Below are positions 19,238-29,565 of a stretch of 53,156 bases of DNA, piece by piece. Position 1 is the first letter of the stretch. Every line of letters starts with the position of its first letter. Source of the stretch: an uncultured Gemmatimonadales bacterium (lineage in GTDB: Bacteria > Verrucomicrobiota > Kiritimatiellia > CAXMRT01). Location of the stretch: NCBI GenBank assembly GCA_964196025.1, contig CAXMRT010000098.1, positions 1 through 53,156 of the forward strand, read 5' to 3'. A program made the translations under genes and the position numbers. The notes beneath the pieces were generated by a model. The model searched no databases, had not been told where the DNA came from, and worked only from the letters and a program-made list of their open reading frames with translations.

Positions 19238-20359
19238 CTAAATAACGAATGTTTTTGGGCAGGTAGCGAGAAAATCGAAGCCGGTGCGGGTCACCACAAC
19301 GGTGTCTTCAATGCGCACACCGCCGTGTTCTGGGTAGTAAAGGCCCGGCTCAACCGTCACGACATTGCCCGCTTTAAGGGTTTTTCCGTGCTTCCCTAAT
19401 CCGGGAGCCTCGTGAATCTCTAAACCCACGCCATGCCCGGTGCTGTGAAAAAAGCCAACAGGTACACCGTTCTCAACACCCGTCTCGAAACCTGCTTCAA
19501 CCAAGGCCGCTGCTGCGACCTCATGAATATAGCGACCTTCTACACCGGCCTTAATGGCGTTGAGAGCATCGGCATGCGACTGCTTGACCGCCTTGTACAT
19601 GCGCTTGAGGGTCGGTGACGGAGTCCCGCGAACCACGGTTCGTGTCAGGTCTCCCCAGTAGCCGGTCTCCATATGCTGCGGGAAAATATCTAGAATGATC
19701 GATTCGTTGGCACGCAAGGGTCCGCTTCCTCTGTTGTGGGGATCCGCACCTTGGCTTCCTCCCGCAACAATAGTGGATCCGCAAAAGCATTGATGTTCGA
19801 ACAGTTTTTTGTGAATCGTTTCTTTCACGAGTTCAGAGGTCAGCGTCTTGCGACCCACTCGCAGTTCGCCTGATGCCGTGATTTCGGCACTTTTTATTAG
19901 TTGGATGGCCGCGCGCGCAGCCGCAACTGATGCCTTCTGAGACTCTTTTATTTTAGCCACCTCCGCAGGTTTCTTTACTTCGCGCTGCGGACACAGGGAG
20001 CTTTTGGCAACCGATACCTTAACACGTTTCTTTCTCAGTGCATCAGCTACTCCCAGCGGAAAGGTCTGACTCACGGTGAGAGTACGGATCCCCAAAGACT
20101 CGACCCAGTCAACGATCGGACCTGCCAAGCTTCGCGTTTTTCGTTTCGCGCTCTTTAAGGATGCTGTTGATGTGATCGTTACTCGCCGCGTTTCTTTTTG
20201 TGCCCTGCCCACCTCTAGCGGTGGTAACAAGAGGTGACAGCGACCCTCAACCACAAGTAGCTGCACGGGGTCCACAGCGTGAAACCCGGTTAAATAACGA
20301 ATGTCCGGACAACTGTTGTCATCCCCGTAAAAGAGAATAGGGCCTGTTGATTGTTTCAT
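19238..20359 (-). CDS. M24-family Xaa-Pro aminopeptidase/dipeptidase
   Basis: 373-aa ORF with metal-ligand motifs of the pita-bread fold: DIFPQ..GYWGDLTRT, HSTGHGVGLEIHE, VVTVEPGLY and GVRIEDTVVVT. Confidence 0.88.
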   Translation of the reverse strand: MKQSTGPILFYGDDNSCPDIRYLTGFHAVDPVQLLVVEGRCHLLLPPLEVGRAQKETRRVTITSTASLKSAKRKTRSLAGPIVDWVESLGIRTLTVSQTFPLGVADALRKKRVKVSVAKSSLCPQREVKKPAEVAKIKESQKASVAAARAAIQLIKSAEITASGELRVGRKTLTSELVKETIHKKLFEHQCFCGSTIVAGGSQGADPHNRGSGPLRANESIILDIFPQHMETGYWGDLTRTVVRGTPSPTLKRMYKAVKQSHADALNAIKAGVEGRYIHEVAAAALVEAGFETGVENGVPVGFFHSTGHGVGLEIHEAPGLGKHGKTLKAGNVVTVEPGLYYPEHGGVRIEDTVVVTRTGFDFLATCPKTFVI

Positions 20360-20757
20360 GAAAATCCTTGTTGCGTCGTTGTAGTCAGATGATTTAGCGT
20401 CGTTTACTGCCTGTTGATAATCTTTCTTTTCGACATAAAATAACAGCCTAAAATCCCTGTTAATGAGTCCTCATTTTTACCACATCTTGTGGCGACAATT
20501 TTGTCACCCCCCACACGTGGTAGAAGCCACGAAAGCACCGCCATTTGCGCTTTTTAGCTTGCGAGTACCGCCCCTCAAAGCTATGCTTCGGGTCCATAAG
20601 GAACCACGGGAACGACACCCTGCCTGTTAATAACTTGTTGATAAGTTTCGATATGCGAGACGTCGTTTTTGTAACCTCTTGGAAGCGTTGTAACAATGAT
20701 TTTTGAAATAGTTAATAACTTTTGAAATTAATCTAGTTTTTTTTTATCTGTCACCTT
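20360..20757. other. dnaA upstream region: candidate oriC half / dnaA promoter with degenerate DnaA boxes and an AT-rich tract
   Basis: TGTTGATAA occurs at 20412-20420 and 20636-20644, one mismatch from TGTGGATAA. TGTTAATAA is at 20625-20633. An AT-rich segment at 20695-20750 carries the direct repeat TTTTGAAAT at 20701 and 20720. Confidence 0.4.
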
Positions 20758-22140
20758 TTGGGGGAACGCCGAGTGAAAAAATCCGATGCAGTTGCGCTTT
20801 GGGCAAAGGCAAGCAAGCAACTTAAAGAGCTGCTCCACCCTGATGTGTTTTCACGATGGATTGCGATCATTGATCCCATTTCGTTCGATGACGAAACTCT
20901 CGAGCTTGGTGTTGATAATGAATTTTACCTTAATTGGTTAGAGGAGCATTACTTAACGCTCATCAAAGACGCGGTCGTATCCGTCTCAGGAACTCTATGC
21001 ACGATTCAGTTGCGTGTTGTGAAGGCGGCTCCAACCAGTGACGTTGCTGCTCCGGAAGAAAAGAAAGACCGAAGCTCCCGAGTGCGGTCGTTCCTTAAGA
21101 AGAAGGTTAAGGGCGCTTCGCTTAACCCGAAATACACGTTCGACGATTTTATTATCGGACCTTCTAACAATTTTGCTCAAGCGGCCGCTTTTGCCGTGTC
21201 AGACAAACCGGCTCGCGCTTATAACCCTCTCTTCATCTATGGCGATGTTGGTTTGGGTAAAACCCACTTGATGCAGTCTATTGGTCATCACATCCTGAAC
21301 CACGACAAGTCTGCTCAGATCTGTTACCTCTCCTCTGAGTCCTTTACCAACGAATACATTGATGCCCTTCAAAATAGAAGTCTGGTTCAGTTTCGTCGTA
21401 AGTACCGAAACATGGATGTCCTACTCATCGACGATATCCACTTTCTCGCTGGTAAAGAGCGTATGCAGGAGGAGTTCTTCCATACATTTAATGCCCTCTT
21501 CGACGCACATAAACAGATCGTGATGACCTGTGACCGGCCGGCTAGCGAGATTCCAGGTCTTGAACAGCGTCTTGTTTCTCGCTTCGAGTGGGGACTGGTC
21601 ACTCAATTAGAATTGCCTGATTTAGAGACTCGTACGGCTATTCTTAAGACTAAACAGGCTCAGGCAAACATAGAGCTTCCTTCGGAAATCGTTGATTTTA
21701 TTGCCACAAACGTTAAATCGAACATCCGTCGCTTAGAGGGGGCTATGATCAGAACCATGTCGTATGCGTCTTTAACCGGCCGAGAATTAACGATAAGTGC
21801 GGTTGAGAACCTTCTAAAGGATACCCTGGATAAAGAGCAGACCCAGCAAGTGTCTGTGGACCTTATTCAACGTACGGTCGCTGAGCACTATGATGTGCGC
21901 CTGTCAGATATGAGCTCTAAGCGCCGGCAGCGCTCTGTGGCTCTACCCCGCCAGGTGGCCATGTTCTTGTCTAGAAAGATGACTCCTCATTCGCTACCTG
22001 ATATCGCTAACTCCTTTGGAAAGACCCATGCTACCATTTTGCACGCTTATCGATCTATCGATAAGAAGATGGGGGCTGACGACTCTTTCCGGCGCGAAGT
22101 GACGGCTATCGCTGATGCCATGGGCCACTCCCTGAGCTAG
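20758..22140 (+). CDS. dnaA: Chromosomal replication initiator protein DnaA
   Basis: AAA+ motifs GDVGLGKTHL and LLIDDIHFLAGKERMQEEFFHTFN, plus a C-terminal DNA-binding domain (RQVAMFLSRKMT, FGKTHATILHA). The start is TTG 20758 or in-frame GTG 20773, which has GGGGGA upstream. Confidence 0.95.
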   Translation: MGERRVKKSDAVALWAKASKQLKELLHPDVFSRWIAIIDPISFDDETLELGVDNEFYLNWLEEHYLTLIKDAVVSVSGTLCTIQLRVVKAAPTSDVAAPEEKKDRSSRVRSFLKKKVKGASLNPKYTFDDFIIGPSNNFAQAAAFAVSDKPARAYNPLFIYGDVGLGKTHLMQSIGHHILNHDKSAQICYLSSESFTNEYIDALQNRSLVQFRRKYRNMDVLLIDDIHFLAGKERMQEEFFHTFNALFDAHKQIVMTCDRPASEIPGLEQRLVSRFEWGLVTQLELPDLETRTAILKTKQAQANIELPSEIVDFIATNVKSNIRRLEGAMIRTMSYASLTGRELTISAVENLLKDTLDKEQTQQVSVDLIQRTVAEHYDVRLSDMSSKRRQRSVALPRQVAMFLSRKMTPHSLPDIANSFGKTHATILHAYRSIDKKMGADDSFRREVTAIADAMGHSLS

Positions 22141-22398
22141 GGTTTTAGGCCGTTAATAAACCTGTGTATAACGTGTTATGAAAGATGTTAAAATGTTAGT
22201 AAGTTCCAGTTATCTTAAGTGTTCACATTTCTATGATCCTTCTGTTAACATGCTCGCTTGTTTTAAGAGCTTGGAAATAGAGGGCTTGGGGACTTGTGAA
22301 CATATGAACACCCCATAATAAGAATACTATTTTAATTATATATAATTAGTTATTAATAATACCATGTTAATGAGTTTGAAATTAGGCAGGAGAAGAGG
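22141..22398. other. dnaA-dnaN intergenic region: candidate oriC half with a consensus DnaA box and an AT-rich unwinding-type tract
   Basis: TGTGTATAA at 22163-22171 is the reverse complement of TTATACACA and fits TTATNCACA. The stretch at about 22315-22360 is almost pure A/T (TAATAAGAATACTATTTTAATTATATATAATTAGTTATTAATAAT). Confidence 0.45.
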
Positions 22399-23493
22399 AT
22401 GAAATTTAAGGTAACCAAGTCTGCGATACTCGATGGACAACAGAAGGTCCTAGGCGTCGTGAGTACCCGCAGTACAATGCCTATTCTCTCTAACGTTCTT
22501 TTTGAGGCCGAAGGTAAAACTTTATGGTTGAGCGCCACTGACCTGGAAGTGAGTATTCGCTGTCCGGTCGAAGCAGAGATTATTGAAGAGGGAGCATGTA
22601 CGCTACCCGGCAAACGCCTACTGAGCATTCTACGAGAATTGCCAGAAGATGAAATTGAGATAGACATCGATGACAAAGATGAAGCGAGTATTCGTTGCCA
22701 GTCATCATTTTTTAAAATATTAGGACTCCCAGCAGAAGACTTTCCAAAGATTCAGACGTTCAAGAAGGGCAATGCGTATAACATCGAGCAAAGCCGATTG
22801 AAAGAGATGCTCAAGAAAAGTGGTTATGCCGCGTCGACCGACGAAACACGCTTTGTGCTGAATGGTGTGCTGATGAGTTTTAAGGACGACAAGCTAACGA
22901 TCGTCGCCACAGACGGACGACGCTTGGCTCTGGTTGAGCAAGAAGTAGAGTTCCCATCAGAATCCAATGTAGACATGATCGTCCCAACAAAAACAGTCAA
23001 TCAACTTATTTCATCTCTGGGGACAGAGGGAGATATGAAAATATTGACGAAAGAGAAGCAGGTCGCGTTCGAATTTGGAAAGACTCTGATCGTGTCCAAG
23101 TTGATTGACGGTACGTATCCGAACTTCCGCCAAGTTATTCCTTCGCAGTGCGAAGAGCGCGCGACGATCGAACGAGAAAGTATGTTGGGAGCAGTGAAGC
23201 GTGTGTCGCTCTTGACGACCGATAAAACAAATTCAGTTAAACTACAGTTTGCAAATAACAAATTGGAAGTGAGCGCCAGCACGCCAGACGTAGGTGAAGC
23301 GCGCGAAACGATTCCAATTAAGTACAGCGGGAAAACCATCACCGTTGCATTCAATCCAGAGTATGTACTGGCTCCTTTACGGACCTTGGAAGGCGACGAA
23401 GTCTTCATGGAATTGACTGACGACCTGAGCCCCGGTGTACTGAAATGCGATATACCTTTTCTGTATGTGTTGATGCCGATGAGAGTCAGCTAA
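22399..23493 (+). CDS. dnaN: DNA polymerase III beta sliding clamp
   Basis: 364-aa ORF immediately after dnaA, with GGAGAAGAGG upstream. It has the typical N-terminus MKFKV.K..L and a three-domain length. Confidence 0.93.
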   Translation: MKFKVTKSAILDGQQKVLGVVSTRSTMPILSNVLFEAEGKTLWLSATDLEVSIRCPVEAEIIEEGACTLPGKRLLSILRELPEDEIEIDIDDKDEASIRCQSSFFKILGLPAEDFPKIQTFKKGNAYNIEQSRLKEMLKKSGYAASTDETRFVLNGVLMSFKDDKLTIVATDGRRLALVEQEVEFPSESNVDMIVPTKTVNQLISSLGTEGDMKILTKEKQVAFEFGKTLIVSKLIDGTYPNFRQVIPSQCEERATIERESMLGAVKRVSLLTTDKTNSVKLQFANNKLEVSASTPDVGEARETIPIKYSGKTITVAFNPEYVLAPLRTLEGDEVFMELTDDLSPGVLKCDIPFLYVLMPMRVS

Positions 23494-23514
23494 CAGCCAC
23501 GCAATAAAACGTAT

Positions 23515-23588
23515 TGCCCGATGGTGTAATGGTAGCACAGCAGATTCTGATTCTGCTTGTCAAGGTTCGAGTCCTTGTCGGGCAACCA
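23515..23588 (+). tRNA. tRNA-Gln (anticodon CTG), genomically encoded CCA
   Basis: Manual cloverleaf: acceptor TGCCCGA/TCGGGCA, D stem GTGT/GCAC, anticodon stem GCAGA/TCTGC with loop TTCTGAT, and T arm CAAGG-TTCGAGT-CCTTG. The discriminator is A, followed by CCA. Confidence 0.9.
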
Positions 23589-23658
23589 CTTAACCCTCTT
23601 TAATAGAGACGGTTAGAGCACACCTGCTCGATAAAGAGCAACACGCGAGGAGAGTCAA

Positions 23659-24525
23659 ATGTGTAGAAAAATATGTTTACTCACCTTCGCAGCGATCCTA
23701 AGTTTTACCCTTGTAGGTAAAGCAGAAAACTTTCTCTGGAAAGTAAAAGGAGCGAAAAACACCGTCTATATCCAAGGCTCTATTCACGTTATGAAAAAAA
23801 CGGATTACCCCTTGGCGAAGGAAATAGTAGCCGCCTACACAGCGTCAAAAGAAATTGTCTTTGAAGTAGACCTCGCAGAAGCGAACGGGCCCAAAGGCAT
23901 GCAAATGATGATGGCCAAAGGAACCTTGCCAGCAGGCCAAACACTCAAGACAATCCTCAAAGCGGATGTATATAAAACCCTAAACAATGCAACAAGCACC
24001 TTTGGACTCCCAGGTGCACTCATAGATGGCATGAAACCATGGCTGGTCATTCAGATGGTGACAATCTTGGAACTTCAAAAACTAGGGTTCAACCCGCAAG
24101 ATGGGTTAGACCTGCACTTTTTCGAGAGAGCAAAGAAGGATGGGAAAAAAACAGGCGGTCTCGAAGACATTGGCGCAGCCATAAATGCGCTAGACAAATT
24201 GACCCAAGAAAACCCAGATGAATTTGTCGAGCAGAGCATCGCTGACCTGAAAAAAATAGAACCGTTGATGAAAGAAATTACCGCCTTCTGGAAAGCTGGC
24301 GATGCTGCTGGATTGGATAAGGCATTATTAGAGGAAATGAAAAAATTTCCGGAGGTGTATAAGAGTCTTCTAGTTGACCGAAACCATAATTGGATGGACG
24401 GTATAGAAGAAAAACTTAAAGCCGATCATGACGTGATGATTATTGTCGGCAGCGCCCACCTAGTGGGAAAAGATAGTGTGCTGAAGTTGCTAAAGAAAAA
24501 GGGCTACACCATCGATCAACTTTAG
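23659..24525 (+). CDS. TraB/GumN (Tiki-like) family protein, secreted
   Basis: 288-aa ORF with a signal peptide. It has the family motifs GSIHVMK near the N-terminus and IVGSAHLVGKDSVLKLLKKKGY near the C-terminus. GAGGAGAG lies upstream. Confidence 0.8.
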   Translation: MCRKICLLTFAAILSFTLVGKAENFLWKVKGAKNTVYIQGSIHVMKKTDYPLAKEIVAAYTASKEIVFEVDLAEANGPKGMQMMMAKGTLPAGQTLKTILKADVYKTLNNATSTFGLPGALIDGMKPWLVIQMVTILELQKLGFNPQDGLDLHFFERAKKDGKKTGGLEDIGAAINALDKLTQENPDEFVEQSIADLKKIEPLMKEITAFWKAGDAAGLDKALLEEMKKFPEVYKSLLVDRNHNWMDGIEEKLKADHDVMIIVGSAHLVGKDSVLKLLKKKGYTIDQL

Positions 24526-24530
24526 TCATC

Positions 24531-25277
24531 ATGACCGACGATCATACAACTTCTTATACTCTTCTAGATTCCCGGCTTATTGTTGAAAAAATAGAACTGC
24601 TCTCACGCAGAATAGATGAACGATTTCCGAGTTCAGGCCTTTGTAACGTGTCGGAAGAGTTGTTGAAGACTGCACGTAAGACACAGGCCCAAGTCGACTG
24701 GGTATCGAGTCCCATTAGACCGATTAGATACGCGACGAGGGCGGTCTCCGTTATCATTGCATTGGCCTTCCTTGCTATCCTATTAACGTTTGAGGTCCCT
24801 GAAGAAGGATTCCGGTTTCTTGACCTCGCAGCCCACTTAGAAACGACAATCAATGTGATCGTCCTCTTGGGAGCCGCGGCCTACTTCCTCGTTAGCACCG
24901 AAAATAGAGTCAAACGTTCACGAGCCCTCGACGCCCTCAATGTCCTACGATCGATCGCTCACGTCATTGATATGCATCAGTTGACAAAGGACCCAGAACG
25001 CTTGCTCAAACGCGGAAAGGAAACAACATCCTCGCCAAACGAAACGATGAGCGCCTTTGAACTGAGTAGATACCTGGATTACAGCAGTGAGATGCTGGCT
25101 TTGAGTGGCAAACTAGCAGCGTTATACATCAATAACTTTGACGACCCGGTTGTCCTCGCATCGGTCAATGAGATTGAAATGCTCACCTCAGGTCTCTCAA
25201 GAAAGATCTGGCAGAAACTAATGATCCTACATTCTCTGCCCCTGGACGCTGTGGATACCGTCTCCAAAAAAGTCTAA
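24531..25277 (+). CDS. Hypothetical 2-TM membrane protein with a conserved C-terminal soluble domain
   Basis: 248-aa ORF starting 5 nt after the TraB/GumN stop. Two hydrophobic helices are present (VSVIIALAFLAILL and VIVLLGAAAYFLV). A truncated paralog lies at 13599-13961. Confidence 0.7.
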   Translation: MTDDHTTSYTLLDSRLIVEKIELLSRRIDERFPSSGLCNVSEELLKTARKTQAQVDWVSSPIRPIRYATRAVSVIIALAFLAILLTFEVPEEGFRFLDLAAHLETTINVIVLLGAAAYFLVSTENRVKRSRALDALNVLRSIAHVIDMHQLTKDPERLLKRGKETTSSPNETMSAFELSRYLDYSSEMLALSGKLAALYINNFDDPVVLASVNEIEMLTSGLSRKIWQKLMILHSLPLDAVDTVSKKV

Positions 25278-25295
25278 TATCTGTATGGGAGAGAA

Positions 25296-25382
25296 GGGTG
25301 GCGCCATGTTGGGGCGCCCTAAATACCTCTACCCAAAGCGACCGGTCCCCGTTCGACCCACGATGTTCACTCAGGGGACTCC
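25296..25382 (-). repeat. Intergenic repeat R1, copy 2 (most divergent, reverse orientation)
   Basis: Contains the GGCGCC-ATGTTGG-GGCGCC hairpin, CTACCCAAAG, GGTCCCC and GGGGACTCC blocks, colinear with the reverse complement of 34831-34903. Confidence 0.5.
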
Positions 25383-26426
25383 TTACATTGAATCACTGCA
25401 GGTGTAATGCGCCCCAGGCAAGGCGCGCAGCTCGGCTGCTTTTTCTTCGGGGGCGGTGTCGCTTAGAAAGTTGCCGCCGCCGATTTCTGGGCCGGCGAGA
25501 TACTTGAGCAGGTTGGGTTTCCTTAGCGGTGGATGAAACTCGATATGGAAATGGAAGTGCGAGTGATCCTGACCGTCGCAGGGGGCCTGATGCAGAGGCA
25601 TGACGTAGGGAAAAGGTTGCTGCCAGAGATTATCGAAACGGATGAGGGTGTTGTTCAGGGCATCCGCAAGGTCGCGCTGTTCAGCGGATGAGAGGCAGTC
25701 GATGCTTGGGTGCGTGGCTTTGGGCGCAACAAACACTTCGTAGGCATAGCGCGCGAAGTAGGGAAGAAAAACAATTGCCGAATCATTTTCATAGATGATG
25801 CGACGTCCGTCATCACACTCTGTTTTAATGATATCCTGAAAGAGCGGCCGCTTGTGTTCGTCGGCGTACGCACGAGTGGCACGCGCTTCTGTTTCGGTTG
25901 TTTTGAAGACAAAATTAGTGGCGTATATCTGACCATGTGGATGCGGATTCGATACACCCACTACCTCCCCTTTATTTTCAAAGGTTAAGATGTGCTGGAT
26001 GTCATCACGCGCGCTCAGCTCAGCATATTGATCGCCCCAGACAGAGACGAGTTGCGCGGTGTCGTCGAGCGATAACTGGGCAAGGGTAAGGTTGTGCTTG
26101 GGACTGTAACACACGACACGTGATAAACCTGCCGCTGGCATGTTGCGATAAATGCCGGGTGCGGGATCAAGGTTCGTGTCGGCGTTGGGCCCCACACAGG
26201 GATGATCATTGTCGAAGACAAAGACGCCATCGTAATCATCATTGACCGCCCCGCTCACACGCGTATTTCCAGGACAGAGATAGCAGTCAGCGACATACTC
26301 GGGGACCGAGGCTGGAGCCGTCGTGCACTCCTCGCCGCTCCATGGACGATTCTGGCGATGAGCCGCAACCACCACCCATTCTTCCCTTAAAGGGTGCCAC
26401 CGTTCTTCCCATGTCATGTTAGTCAT
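25383..26426 (-). CDS. galT: Galactose-1-phosphate uridylyltransferase
   Basis: 347-aa ORF, recognisably colinear with E. coli GalT. It has the Zn motif CYLCPGN, the active site HPHGQIYA and FENKG. Confidence 0.92.
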   Translation of the reverse strand: MTNMTWEERWHPLREEWVVVAAHRQNRPWSGEECTTAPASVPEYVADCYLCPGNTRVSGAVNDDYDGVFVFDNDHPCVGPNADTNLDPAPGIYRNMPAAGLSRVVCYSPKHNLTLAQLSLDDTAQLVSVWGDQYAELSARDDIQHILTFENKGEVVGVSNPHPHGQIYATNFVFKTTETEARATRAYADEHKRPLFQDIIKTECDDGRRIIYENDSAIVFLPYFARYAYEVFVAPKATHPSIDCLSSAEQRDLADALNNTLIRFDNLWQQPFPYVMPLHQAPCDGQDHSHFHFHIEFHPPLRKPNLLKYLAGPEIGGGNFLSDTAPEEKAAELRALPGAHYTCSDSM

Positions 26427-26463
26427 CTCCCTTTTGGACGGTTATACGCTGCCTGAGGCCTAT

Positions 26464-27900
26464 TCACAAGAGTGTGACCGTGACGACAGGCGTCGCACAC
26501 GCTCCCGACGAGGAGCCCTCGAATAGTGTGGGCTCGAGACCGCTACTGTCTCGGTACCGCTCCATCACCACATCCAGTTCGGAGCGCGCCTCGCGACGAC
26601 CCAGAATAGCCACCGTGCCTCCGCTGCCTCCCCCTGTGATCTTGGCTCCAATCAACCCTGACTCAAACCCAAGAGCGTGCACCTCCTCCACAATCGCATC
26701 TGTACCATCGGAACCCAGCTTGCATGCGCTGTACGATTCGTGTGCATTCCCCATCAGTGTTCCGAGCGCACGACAATTGTCATCTGTGACGGCTTGCTGA
26801 AGCAAGACTCGGAACTGATGGCTGTCATGACTTTCGCGGATAGGATGATAGGTAGGCAGATACACAGCGTAGGTCTGATCCGGGTTTACGTCCGTGACCG
26901 AATCACTGATGCCGTAGTAGTTCTCAAGAAAGTCGGCACCGACCATGGTATAAGGAATGTGGGCCGCGAACTGTCGTTCGAACTCGTCGGGCGTAATATT
27001 CGCCAGATAGCCGTCCCAGTGCGGGTCGTCAATGGCCACCCGACCAGGCTCAAGGTGAGTAATTGTTAAACCCGCCGTTTCCGCGATCAATCGTGCACCC
27101 ATGAAGGCGCCGACGCGGACGGCCGTATAGTCAGAGCCTGTGATGGTATGTTGAATGCCGGAGTCGATTCCCCAGATCGCGAGTTCGTTGGGTATCGGAA
27201 CTAGGCCCTCGACAATAGCCGGTTGACAGAGCAAGGCCAACAATTGTCCTTCCGACCCCAACGCTGATGTCATTTGATCCATCACTCCACACGGTGCGCC
27301 TGCGACGAGGTTTTCGGCTTTCTGACAGAGGTGAGCGACGTGAGCGTCTTCGAGCGACGTGTCAGTGAGCGAGAGCAATGCCCTCATCGTTGCGACCTCG
27401 AGGGCGGCGGACGAACTCACACCTTTTCCTTCCGGGAGATCAGAGGTAATAAAGATGCGCGCACCGCGGTCTAACCGGAGTCCGACTTCATGCATCAGCA
27501 CCAGCAAGGGACCGAGAACATAGGATGCCCAATGCGAGTCTGGTTTGGTCGCGAGCTCCGCGCGTAACTCGTCGTAGGGTCGTGGTTCTTTAGTCGTGGT
27601 TAGTAGTTGGGAAAGAGAAAACCGCGCGCGGCGCATAGGACCGCACGAGGAGGTGCTGATGACGTCGATGTGTTCGTCTTCAGCGCGCTGCATGGCGACC
27701 CAAGTGGCTTCACGGATCGGCATCTCGAGAACGAGAGAGCCGGAGTAGTCCGCGATGCCGCCCATGACGTCGAGACGACCAGGCGCACGCGAAATATGAA
27801 TGAAGGTGGTCGCATCAAAAAAACCGTGAAGGTCGGATGCGGGATTCGCGTGATCTGCCTTCAGGCGTTCGACTAAGCCCTCAAGAGTGATCTCGCTCAT
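26464..27900 (-). CDS. GHMP-family sugar-1-kinase (galactokinase/arabinokinase-like, long form)
   Basis: Homology starts at MSEITLEGL (ATG 27900, ATGA overlap with the upstream stop). It has the galactokinase signature variant [16 protein letters not shown] and GHMP motif [15 protein letters not shown]. Confidence 0.8.
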   Translation of the reverse strand: MSEITLEGLVERLKADHANPASDLHGFFDATTFIHISRAPGRLDVMGGIADYSGSLVLEMPIREATWVAMQRAEDEHIDVISTSSCGPMRRARFSLSQLLTTTKEPRPYDELRAELATKPDSHWASYVLGPLLVLMHEVGLRLDRGARIFITSDLPEGKGVSSSAALEVATMRALLSLTDTSLEDAHVAHLCQKAENLVAGAPCGVMDQMTSALGSEGQLLALLCQPAIVEGLVPIPNELAIWGIDSGIQHTITGSDYTAVRVGAFMGARLIAETAGLTITHLEPGRVAIDDPHWDGYLANITPDEFERQFAAHIPYTMVGADFLENYYGISDSVTDVNPDQTYAVYLPTYHPIRESHDSHQFRVLLQQAVTDDNCRALGTLMGNAHESYSACKLGSDGTDAIVEEVHALGFESGLIGAKITGGGSGGTVAILGRREARSELDVVMERYRDSSGLEPTLFEGSSSGACATPVVTVTLL

Positions 27901-28913
27901 TCGTTCAGAAGTCCGCGAGATTGCAGTGCGGTGAGAAGGTGCGGCTCTACGAGGTCGCGGATCGTTTGATTCGCATACCCCGCCCACGCCACATCCGCAT
28001 GGATGTCGAAGGGTGCATCCAGTGGCGCGCCAGTCACGTCGGTGATGATGACGCCAAGTTCGCGCGCGATGAGTTCGGTGCAGACGTCGTAGGGATGACA
28101 GCAGATGCCCATCGCGAGCCCTTTCGCCGTCAGCGCTTTCTCCATGATGGGGCGTAGGTCGCAGATGAATCGGTCGCGACCCGCCATCAGCTCATAAAAC
28201 TGTCCCCCACTACAAATATACTGATCTTCGAAGCACAGAGCCTTTCCGGGAACCACCGGACCGAGTATCGCGTGCGTGACCTCTTCATCAATGTCGCCTA
28301 AGAGGTCACGGGTGCCAGGAAAGAACTTTGAAATACTAAAATACCCGTGGGCCAAATTGTCTGCACGGGAAGGCCGGAGAGCGAGTGGCGTCTCTTCACC
28401 GGTTAAGCGGTTGTAGCGCACCGCCTGCACGCCTTTGCCAGGTTGTGCCCAGACCATATCGCTGAGATGTTGTTTGACCAATGGGATCTCTGTTTGAATG
28501 GCCAACTCGATATCTTGCAGCGAGGTAGCGTTGCCTTTGTTTGGGGCGACACCCGTGAGAATCCATGCCGAGCGTTTTTGATACATGATGCCGCGCGTGC
28601 CGTCGATAGGGTCTATCATGATCTGCCAGAGCGCCTCTGCCTCCGGCGTGCCTTTAGGCAGCATGATGCGCCCACCTTCGATGCCTTCGGCAACGAGTAA
28701 GACGGGCGTGTGGGGGGCGATGTCGCGCTCCAGAATCTCGATGATCAACGCTTCGCTGATTCGATCGATGGCATAAATAGTGTCGCCCGCTTCCTCTGCA
28801 GCAACTGCCGACATGTTTTCAGTAAGACTCTGTTCACAGGCCGTGACGACTGCGTCGCGGATAGTCGCATGCAAGGCCTTAAGGGGTTCGAGAAGGAGGC
28901 TGATATCAGACAT
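27897..28913 (-). CDS. Inositol monophosphatase/FBPase-superfamily phosphatase (long form)
   Basis: The DPIDGT motif ([10 protein letters not shown]) and overall IMPase-like layout are present. The probable start is ATG 28913. It is translationally coupled to the kinase gene. Confidence 0.7.
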   Translation of the reverse strand: MSDISLLLEPLKALHATIRDAVVTACEQSLTENMSAVAAEEAGDTIYAIDRISEALIIEILERDIAPHTPVLLVAEGIEGGRIMLPKGTPEAEALWQIMIDPIDGTRGIMYQKRSAWILTGVAPNKGNATSLQDIELAIQTEIPLVKQHLSDMVWAQPGKGVQAVRYNRLTGEETPLALRPSRADNLAHGYFSISKFFPGTRDLLGDIDEEVTHAILGPVVPGKALCFEDQYICSGGQFYELMAGRDRFICDLRPIMEKALTAKGLAMGICCHPYDVCTELIARELGVIITDVTGAPLDAPFDIHADVAWAGYANQTIRDLVEPHLLTALQSRGLLNE

Positions 28914-29010
28914 GCTCGGAGAATAGCGGAGTGACTCCCGTCGGGAAACCACAAAGTGTCATAGCACTGATGACTCGACAGCTCTCACCTCAGCTCGTAT
29001 TCTCGCGCCC

Positions 29011-29481
29011 ATGTCTGAGGCTCCTTCACTCACCAACCAGTACGCACTGCCCCATCTACAGCTCTTACGTGCGAGTTATAAGTCCCTCACAGGGCAGAAC
29101 CTTGTATCATCAGCCCTGAGCGACGAAGCGGCCGCTCAGGAGGTGTTCGAGGCCTCGTATGTCGTGCTCTCGCACGGTACCGAGCCCGACCCCATCTTTA
29201 ACTATGTGAATCAGGCTGGGATGGATCTCTTCGAGATGAATTGGATTGAATTTACCCGCACACCTTCCCGTCTTTCCGCTGAGCCCGTGAACCGGGACGA
29301 GCGTCAACGCTTGATGGATCGTGTGACGGCTGACGGCTATATTGATGATTACTCCGGAATCCGTATGTCGAGCACGGGTAAAAGATTTGAGATTCATCAG
29401 GCAACGGTCTGGAATGTCACCGACAAGAGAGGCCATTATCAAGGGCAAGCGGCGATCTTCTCGGATTGGACGATGTTGTAA
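29011..29481 (+). CDS. MEKHLA domain protein (PAS-like)
   Basis: 156-aa ORF resembling stand-alone bacterial MEKHLA proteins (LL.SY..LTG..L, GIRMSSTGKRFEIHQATVWNV). Confidence 0.7.
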   Translation: MSEAPSLTNQYALPHLQLLRASYKSLTGQNLVSSALSDEAAAQEVFEASYVVLSHGTEPDPIFNYVNQAGMDLFEMNWIEFTRTPSRLSAEPVNRDERQRLMDRVTADGYIDDYSGIRMSSTGKRFEIHQATVWNVTDKRGHYQGQAAIFSDWTML

Positions 29482-29565
29482 GCCGCGGACGTCGTCATTG
29501 CCTTCACAATGTCGCCTCCATCGGGGACCTTGAACTCACGATGAAAACACATAAAAAGATCTCGT

